Origin: Fimicolochytrium jonesii
Taxonomy: Eukaryota
Direction of reading: 5' to 3'
NCBI RefSeq assembly: GCF_025526975.1
Contig: NW_026515671.1
Span: 310,001-374,000 of the forward strand
DNA: 64,000 nucleotides
In this document: positions 56,480-64,000 of the stretch, piece by piece
How the letters are laid out: every line of letters begins with the position of its first letter
How positions within the stretch are numbered: position 1 is the first letter of the stretch
Notes under the pieces: generated by a model
Seen by the model: only the letters and a program-made list of their open reading frames with translations
Database searches by the model: none
Told to the model about the DNA's origin: nothing
Made by a program: the position numbers and the translations under genes

Positions 56480-58528
56480 ATGCCCCAAACGCCCCAAATG
56501 GCGACCCTCCGGCCGCCTTCCCGTCCCGCCTCGGCTCCCCCGACCACCGTCGGGACGCCTTCTCCCGACGTCAACACTTCAAACACCAATACCCCCTCCC
56601 CACCACCCACCTTGTCCTCGCGCCCCCCACCTCACCCCAACCAACCCCACCCACACACCCCACACCGCCGCGAACGCCTCACCCAACTCCTCATCTGCCT
56701 CTCCACCTCGGCCACTACCCTCGCGCGCATCTGGCTCACCCTCGTCATCGCCGGCCTCGTGTTCCTGCTCCTGCAACCCCGTGGCGCGTTTGGATCGGAG
56801 TGGTTGGGCGCCACGACCAAACCCGCTTCCTCGTCGCGCGGGTTCGACGCTGAGCGCGTACGGCTCGCCGAGGGCGCGAAACCTCCGACCAGTACAGGGA
56901 GTGTACGCGCCACCGCGAATGCAAACCGATACCGGGTCGTCAATATCACCGTCCAGATCGCGTCACCGTCCACCACCGACGGGCGGGTCCGTGTCGCCGC
57001 CAACAACTACGTGCATACGACAAAGACGACGTCTATCACGGCGATCCCGGCGTTTTTTGGGGGGAAGATTGAGAGTAGTGTGGTGGTTAGGATGGTCGTC
57101 ATTGAGCGGCTGAATGGGTGTGTGCCGTTTAGTTTTGATATGAGGGGGGTGGAGGATATGGGTGGGGATGAGGTGGGTGGCGTGAGGAACAGGGAGGTTA
57201 TGAACGACGAAGTTGGCAATCGGTTGGAAGATGATGAACGGGGAGAGAAAGGAGCGTATGGCGGCCGACATGGGAGCGATTCTTCCCGTCCTAAATCGAC
57301 CGCGGCGCGACCACATGCCGTCCCACACGCACCCACCCCCAACACCCCCTTCATCCTCCTCCCCCGCGGTTCCTGCCCATTCGACACTAAAGTCCGCCAC
57401 GCGCAGACAGCCGGATTCGCCGGCGCCATCATCTACAACGTCGCCTCCAGCGCCCACCCGGACGCACTCATCAAGATGCAGACGGTGGACGGTCAACCCG
57501 CGGAGGATGTTAGCATCCCCGCGCTGTTTGTGACGAGTCGGGATGGAGGGCTGTTGAGAGAGGCTGCGCAGGAGACCGCCGTGGGTGGTGTCAAAGTTGT
57601 AGGTGTGACAGCCGTCCCGGCCATGATAGAATACTCCGCACCCGACAAAGTGTTCACCCAACACGCCACCAAAGCGGGCGAAAACCGGAAATCCAACGTC
57701 GGCTCGGAACCCACCCCCAACAACCACTACACCCCCGACACCGCCCCACCACCCCGCCACTACCCGCACGACTGGGACGGCTTCAACCCGACGTTCTGGG
57801 GCGACGCGTTCGTCTCCGCCGCCTGCCTCATCCTCGGTGCACTCGGCGCCATGGCCGTCGGCGCCTCCCTCGTCCTCCTGCACAACCGCATGTTTGACGC
57901 GCTGGGGATCGACTACCGCGTCGGCGGCAGCGGGCAGACGACGCGGAACCTCGCGAGGGTGGTGATTTCGCATGACGGGGAGATGATGGTGGAGCGGATC
58001 AAGTTGCCGTTGAGGGTGTTGACGGCGGTGGATGTGCAGATGGCGAAGGAGGGGCTTGGTGGGGAGTTTCTGGCGAGTAATATGGAGAAGGGGGATGCGG
58101 GTGATGATGGTGCGGGGGAAAAAAGCGAGAAGGAGAAGGAGAAGGAAGGCAGGAGGCCGATCTCGACGGATTGTTGTGCGATCTGTATTGATAATTTTGG
58201 GGTTGGGTGTCGGGTTAGGGAGTTGCCCTGCAGGCATTGCTTTCATGATACGTGGTAAGTCTCGCAAGCTGCCGCGTTTCCCGACGATTCGTTCGAGTTT
58301 GGCCCCTCTCATTTGTCTGCAAACATGTTTTCTAGTATTGACCCCTGGCTCCTGCACCACGCCCTCCTCTGCCCGGTCTGCAAACGCGAGATCATACCCG
58401 CTACGGTTAACTCAACCGCATCGATCCCGCCGCCCCTTCGCCGCCAATCGTCCATCGCTATTATTATTAACGACCCGGCGGCTATGCCGCCGCTTGCGCC
58501 GCCTAATACCGGGAGACGGATGTCGTGA
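56480..58528 (+). CDS. PA-domain/TM/RING-H2 E3 ubiquitin ligase (RNF13/RMR-like); intron 58255-58335
   Basis: PA motif LLPRGSCPFDTKVRHAQTAGFAGAIIYN; TM; CAICIDNF...LPCRHCFHDTC|IDPWL...CPVCK. Confidence 0.88.
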
Positions 58529-59015
58529 TGGGGCAGCTGAAGATGGGGGATGATGGTTCGAATGTGGCTTGGGATAAGATAGATCAGATGATAGCAGCAT
58601 GTAGGAGGACTAGGATTAGTCAGGTAGACGTTTTTTTTTTTCGAGTTTAGCTATATCCATAGCATAGGTAGGACTCCCGTAATGATAGAAATGAACGCAG
58701 TTGGCCTCCGAGTCGCCCGCCATGGGTGCTGTCATTTTCAGATCAAGGTGCCGTCAAAACACGCTGACTCACGGTCGGACTTTTGACTCAAGCTTCAAAC
58801 TCTTTGGCTTAACATGCTTTCACTCACCTGACCGACGATCTATTGACGTAGCAGCGAGCGTTTTGGGTTTTAGCGAATTCATTCCACCTTATCGCGCGGC
58901 GGGTGCGCCGGCAGTTAAAAGCCGAGCCCCTCCCCACAAAGAAATATGTTCGATGTATGATCTATACAAAAAGGCCCCACAAAAGCAGTGAATAAAACTG
59001 GCGAAAGAAACCCGA

Positions 59016-59822
59016 ATGCCAGCCATGATGATCGACATCCCGCCTCAAATCTCGCACGACCCCTCCGCCGTTCCCTCCCCTGGGAACACCGCGATCTCCC
59101 ACAACCCAGCGCTCTCCGACCCCCTCCTCCACGAACTCTTCACCGCCCGTCTTGACGCCGTCGGAGGCGACGACGACACCGATACCGAGGACTGGTTTGC
59201 CTGCGATAGGGAGTGGGTGGAAGCCGCGTTTGGGTTGCTGGCGAGGAGTCGGCGGGGCGGGGTCGTTTATACCGCTAGTGAGTTGGTTGTGGTTGGGCGG
59301 ATGGCCTTGCCGGTCGTGCAGGACGGTGGTGATGTGACGGCGGTACCTGCATCTGCACGCGCAACGGTGATCGACAAAACGAAACACTCCCACTCACACC
59401 ACCATCCCCACGAGTACAACCCGTTCCAGCGGTACTCGTTGCAGAACTGGGGCGCGCCGACGCAAGCGTTGGCGAGAGCGGCTGATGATGACGGGGGATG
59501 TGTTGATGAGCCGGAGGAGGAGGAGGAGGTTCATCCCCCTCCTAGAGACTCTGGCACGTCAGGGCATAGAGAGAAAGACGGAGCGCAGACGCACCCGCCG
59601 CGATCCGCATCCACATCCGCCCCAATCCGCGGCTACCACAAAATGCTGCCAAAGACGCCAAGCATGAGAGCGTTGGCGAAAGGACTACTCGACATGGCGC
59701 GTCATCCTATCAAGACGGGCGAGCAGCAGCGACCGCCAGCGCCGGTGCCCCCGCCGTTGCAGACGCAGAGGTCACAGAGCTGGTTCAATTTGTTCGGGAG
59801 GAATCTCGCGAGTGCGTCGTAG
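59016..59822 (+). CDS. Hypothetical protein, 268 aa
   Basis: ATG-initiated ORF between AT-richer spacers; no domain recognised. Confidence 0.5.
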   Translation: MPAMMIDIPPQISHDPSAVPSPGNTAISHNPALSDPLLHELFTARLDAVGGDDDTDTEDWFACDREWVEAAFGLLARSRRGGVVYTASELVVVGRMALPVVQDGGDVTAVPASARATVIDKTKHSHSHHHPHEYNPFQRYSLQNWGAPTQALARAADDDGGCVDEPEEEEEVHPPPRDSGTSGHREKDGAQTHPPRSASTSAPIRGYHKMLPKTPSMRALAKGLLDMARHPIKTGEQQRPPAPVPPPLQTQRSQSWFNLFGRNLASAS

Positions 59823-60253
59823 ATAAGATTTTTAATCTTTTTTGGGGATGGGCACCTTGGCTTTCTTTCTGCTTGTTCATCATTTTCCACCACTCCGGAT
59901 GCCGTTGTTTACAATCTCCCCCTTTGTAAAATGCTGTATCTATCGCGGGTTCGACTTTTCTTTATCTTTATGTGCACCAATCATTGAATTTGATTGCCCC
60001 AACGGAAAATGGTGTGCTGCATCCGCAAACAACAATCTAGTGCTTCCCAAGCCCTCGGCGCTACATACGCTACAAGCTCTAAATCTAGATTCGCAACACA
60101 CGCCGTGCCGACGTAGCCACCCAAAAGAAGAACGCACCAACGCGGCCCTAAAACACGCGCGCTTGACATCTGCCAAGTGCCGTCTACGCATGCTCCTCCC
60201 AAGCTCAACACAATACCCAGTGACCGCTAATTTTCCTCCTGCCTTTCTCACTC

Positions 60254-63082
60254 CTACCCCGCCACCCCATCAACGCGCACATCCCCCCTCCTCAGATAAT
60301 CCGCAAAGATCAACGAATTATCACTCGCAACCGAAATGAGCGTCTCCCTCTTCCTCCACACATCAAACTTGGCCACAAGCACCCGTTTCGTATGCCCCAC
60401 ATCAATCTGCTGCGTCGGCGCGCGCTCAACGCCCACATGCCGCATATCCCATATCCCGATCCTGCCCGCGCGCGTCGAGCCCATCGAGACGAGGTAGCCG
60501 CCGTGATGCACGTCCGGGTGCATGTACCGGGTGGCGTCATCGGCGGCGTCGCCCATGCCAAACTCCAGAACGAACTTGTTGACGCGTTCGTCCCACAGCC
60601 GTAACTGTTTGGTGATCGTGGAGAACCCGACGAGCATGAGGTGCGGCTGGGTTGGGATGCCGGTGATGTCGCGGATCCGCCCGTCGACGCGTTCAGTCGG
60701 GAGCGTGTTCCGCTGGTTGGTGAGCGACCACCCGACCAGGCGCGAGTCCTGTCCGCCCGTGTACAGGATCTCGCTGTGCGGGTTGTAGTAGATGCCCTGG
60801 ATCGCGCTGGTGTGCTCGGTGTGCACGGAGATGTGGTTGACGCGGGTGTAGTTGGAGCCGTCGAGGTCGCCCGCAAACGGGCCGTCGAAGCTCCAGAGGA
60901 TGAGCTTCTTGTCCATGCCTCCGGTGAGCCAGTGTACGCGGTTGTTGTTGTTGGAGAAGGGGTATATGATCGAGGGGCCGCGGTCGTGGGGCATGTTGTG
61001 GACGAGATGCTGTAATCTGTATGTAAACTTGCTCTTCTTGACGCTGCAATCGTACAGTAGTGCGATCTGGTGGGGGACGACCGTGCCGTCTCTGACGCCA
61101 TTTTGCGCAGACCCCGATGGTGCTGCTGCAACAGCGAGGATGTCCGGTGCGACCCACGCCATATCTTCTGCCCAGTAATTGCGTAACTCGGCATGTCGTA
61201 TTGAACACATAGCCTCCTTCGACTTGCGATTGAACAGATGGAGGTTCCCATCCAGAGTCGACGTGATCACCGTCTCGCGTAAACTGTGCGCCATGCCCTC
61301 TCTCGGAAGTAATAATGACCGTGGTTTGCGACCTAGATCGCCTCCCTTCACTATATTGAGTCCGTACAGAACATCCAGCGTGTCACTCGACTTTGGTTGC
61401 CAGGTTGTATTCAGGATTTGATCCTCGACTCGGTTTCCATTCGTTTCGTGAGGTAACGGCGTGGGCGCTGCCGGAGTATCTTCACTCTCCTCGCCCGACG
61501 GTTTCCCTCCCTTGGAGTGCCCCCGCGGCCCCCGCGATCGCTTCTTCTTCTTTGCCGTCTCCTGTACATCTATTGGCCCGACGGGTGCCTCGCTAACGGT
61601 CGGTGTACGCACAGCTGGTGTGCTAGCGACGGGTGTACTAACCACGCTCGACGCCGCTTTCGCCAAACACTTTGTCAAGCGCGACATTTTTTTCGAAGCC
61701 TGCCGCGCTTTCTCGCTGTGGAGCAGGAAATGCGATCGGTATTTTTCCAGTTTGAGGTTGATCTTTTCCACGTCCGTCGTTTCAAAATCCGACTCGCTTG
61801 ATGAAGATGATATGTCGTCAGAATCTACTTCCACCGGCTTTTCCGCCCTTTCGCTGTCCCGACGCTGCGCATTGCGCGATGGGACTTGCACGATCGGCTC
61901 GGCTGTATGTACGGGGTTCCTAACAGGTGTCGAGGTAGGTATTGTGCTCCGAATGTTTTGCAACGCATGGTGCTGTGTCAGCAGGGTGTCCAGCGCGTTG
62001 ACCAGTCGTGCATCGTTCAAGGGTGGGTCTGCCTTTGGCCGTGGCGGCACAGGTGCAGCTTCAATCACCGGCCGAGATTCGACAACTGGACGAGGTTCGA
62101 CAACTGGCCACGATTCGACAACTGGTCGAGGTTGAGGTGGGACACCAACGAATGGCCAAATTTGAGGTGGCCGAGGCTGTGGTGTTACTTCGACTACTCG
62201 GCGAGGTTGAACATCGTTAGCTGGAGGTGGATTCGAATTGATGCTCCATTGTGTCGCTGCCAGATGGGGGGGCGCATTGGCCACCACAATTTCCGCCTCT
62301 ACCATCGGTTCGCTTTTCACTGGTACATCATCTGAAAGCTGCGTGTGACCACCGCGAAGGTGATTATATGGGTTCCCATTCGTCTCATCGAATCGGCGTC
62401 GCTTGCGCTGTGGCCCGTCCGGTCCATCATGGCCATTAGAGGGCCCGTCGTCCGGCTCATCATCTCCAAAATATGGCGGATATCGAGACTCTGTTGGAGG
62501 TTGATAGGTGCGTGGTTCCTGAGCAACACTGCTGCGTCCGCGCTGGCTCCTCATGGGACAGTACATGCTCCAATGATAACCTCCACATCGACAGGGTCGA
62601 TTGGGTACGACAGTAGGGTCACCAACGCGCTGATTGCGGATGCGGTGATCGATCCTCTGACTGCGTGGAGTGCTTTCCAGGGGACTTGTGGGAATCTGTA
62701 AAGCAGGCTCCTGAATGTGAATTTGTGAAGCACGCTCTTGATTGATGTGGAACCGGGGCTCATCGTCGCGTCGGGAATGATGCCCGTCGTATGGGTGTTT
62801 ACTGCGTTGTGGGGTGTATCCACCTGAACGAGAATCTCTCCTGTCGTCGTGTTCCGTCCTGCTCTCGAAAAAAGCGCCGCTCTCCGGATAGTTTGAATGA
62901 TTCGAGGTATGATGGTATCCTGCCGGGTTCCGCGCTTCTTTCCTGTCCCCGCTGCGTCCCGGGCCAGCACTATGCCCTCTGGCACTCCCACCTCCTCGTC
63001 CCCGTAAGGAAGCCTCGTCCTCCACGGCGGGTGGGGTTGGCGAGCTTTGGAAGATGCGGTGCGTCCCGCTCTGTGTGTCCAT
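60254..63082 (-). CDS. Protein with a disordered N-terminus and a C-terminal WD40 propeller
   Basis: LTGGMDKKLILW, HTSAIQGI...YTGGQDSRLVGW, LRLWDER, IGIWDMR, HTKRV...SVASDN. Confidence 0.8.
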   Translation of the reverse strand: MDTQSGTHRIFQSSPTPPAVEDEASLRGRGGGSARGHSAGPGRSGDRKEARNPAGYHHTSNHSNYPESGAFFESRTEHDDRRDSRSGGYTPQRSKHPYDGHHSRRDDEPRFHINQERASQIHIQEPALQIPTSPLESTPRSQRIDHRIRNQRVGDPTVVPNRPCRCGGYHWSMYCPMRSQRGRSSVAQEPRTYQPPTESRYPPYFGDDEPDDGPSNGHDGPDGPQRKRRRFDETNGNPYNHLRGGHTQLSDDVPVKSEPMVEAEIVVANAPPHLAATQWSINSNPPPANDVQPRRVVEVTPQPRPPQIWPFVGVPPQPRPVVESWPVVEPRPVVESRPVIEAAPVPPRPKADPPLNDARLVNALDTLLTQHHALQNIRSTIPTSTPVRNPVHTAEPIVQVPSRNAQRRDSERAEKPVEVDSDDISSSSSESDFETTDVEKINLKLEKYRSHFLLHSEKARQASKKMSRLTKCLAKAASSVVSTPVASTPAVRTPTVSEAPVGPIDVQETAKKKKRSRGPRGHSKGGKPSGEESEDTPAAPTPLPHETNGNRVEDQILNTTWQPKSSDTLDVLYGLNIVKGGDLGRKPRSLLLPREGMAHSLRETVITSTLDGNLHLFNRKSKEAMCSIRHAELRNYWAEDMAWVAPDILAVAAAPSGSAQNGVRDGTVVPHQIALLYDCSVKKSKFTYRLQHLVHNMPHDRGPSIIYPFSNNNNRVHWLTGGMDKKLILWSFDGPFAGDLDGSNYTRVNHISVHTEHTSAIQGIYYNPHSEILYTGGQDSRLVGWSLTNQRNTLPTERVDGRIRDITGIPTQPHLMLVGFSTITKQLRLWDERVNKFVLEFGMGDAADDATRYMHPDVHHGGYLVSMGSTRAGRIGIWDMRHVGVERAPTQQIDVGHTKRVLVAKFDVWRKRETLISVASDNSLIFADYLRRGDVRVDGVAG

Positions 63083-63453
63083 CTCTCCCGCAAGCTATAA
63101 TTCCTCACTCAATTTTGAGAACTCTGCTCTGGCCTCTTCGATGTTCCCCTCGGAAGGAACTCCTGTAGGATGGCAGAAATCTGACACCTCGCTCGTAGCG
63201 CCGATGTTGGACAGCCACAATGAGAAAGGAACGACGGGCGTCCCGCAGAAGGTCCGACAGGCGGGACAGGCGAGCGATTTAATTTGGGTCACATGACGGC
63301 ACGTGGGCCTTTTATTCCGGCTCTTCCTTCTCTCGGTCCCAGCCCTCTGCTCTCTCTCTGGACAAGCTAAACGCACCCTTCATTGCCTGGGAATCTTCCT
63401 CTCACCGCTCCGCTCTCCCGAAGCCCGATTAACCACCCTGCTAACCTCTCAAG

Positions 63454-64000
63454 ATGGCTATGGCTGCAAAAAGTCGCGCAAACGGTAACAGTCCTAGCAG
63501 TCGACCTACATACCTACCCCATTGGCCACAGGTCCAGATGCCAGCTCGTTCGAACATGGTACTTACCGTCGACTTCGGATGCCGAATTTATAGTGCGCCT
63601 GCCTCCGGAAGTCAACCGGGTGCTCTTTGTTCGCAACTTGCCGTTCAAGATTACTGCTGAGGACATGTATGACCTATTCGTGAGTATCCTCCGACGACAG
63701 GATTCCGGTTGGGTGTTTGGCGAGTGGGGAGGGATTCAAGAACGCTAATCGTACCTTTCTCCATTGTAGGGTAAATACGGTCCCATCCGACAAATAAGAG
63801 TAGGAACCGCAACAGACACGAAAGGAACAGCATTTGTCGGTACGTGAACTCCCTTTTTTCAACCCCCCCGCTGCTCCTTTTTAGTGACTCCACGATTCCC
63901 TACAGTCTACGAAGACATATTCGACGCCAAATCAGCATGCGATCACCTCAGCGGTTTCAATATCATGGGCCGGTACCTGATCGTACTATACTACTCGACG
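63454..64000 (+). CDS. SF3B6: Splicing factor 3B subunit 6 (p14), 4 exons visible, truncated by the window end
   Basis: [20 protein letters not shown]...[12 protein letters not shown]...[14 protein letters not shown]...DHLSGFN. Confidence 0.95.

Noticed and set aside
1..64000. CRISPR arrays, rRNA or tRNA genes
   Set aside because: No repeat-spacer structure or recognisable RNA gene seen by eye; tRNAscan-SE and Infernal were not run.

Overview
Eukaryotic, intron-containing fungal-type DNA, probably an early-diverging fungus such as a chytrid (inferred from gene content and short GT-AG introns; not proven). There are three zones. (1) 1-~31 kb is a dense nested transposon cluster. It holds two near-identical copies of a Ty3/Gypsy chromovirus with a -1 frameshift signal and a probable Tf1-type self-priming PBS, several deleted Gypsy and Copia fragments, and a three-level nest: chromovirus (TSD GGCTC) inside a Copia (TSD ATGAT) inside an intron-containing Crypton/DUF3504-type tyrosine recombinase gene. 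The Copia family is the oddity. The complete copy pairs a Gypsy-type Gag with a Copia pol, has a chromodomain after the integrase, TG...GA LTR ends and telomere-like repeats in the LTR. A sibling copy carries an antisense, intron-containing tandem RING-finger gene between pol and the PPT that the ORF track misses. (2) ~31-35 kb is a degraded transition zone with a trehalose synthase/phosphorylase gene fragment that stops at (TTAGGG)2. (3) 35-64 kb is compact ordinary genes: mucin-like membrane protein, RasGEF, GPC1, RIX7/NVL, TRAPPC13, RNase H1, a PA-TM-RING E3, a WD40 protein, SF3B6 and several unknowns. All calls come from motif reading by eye; no database searches were run.
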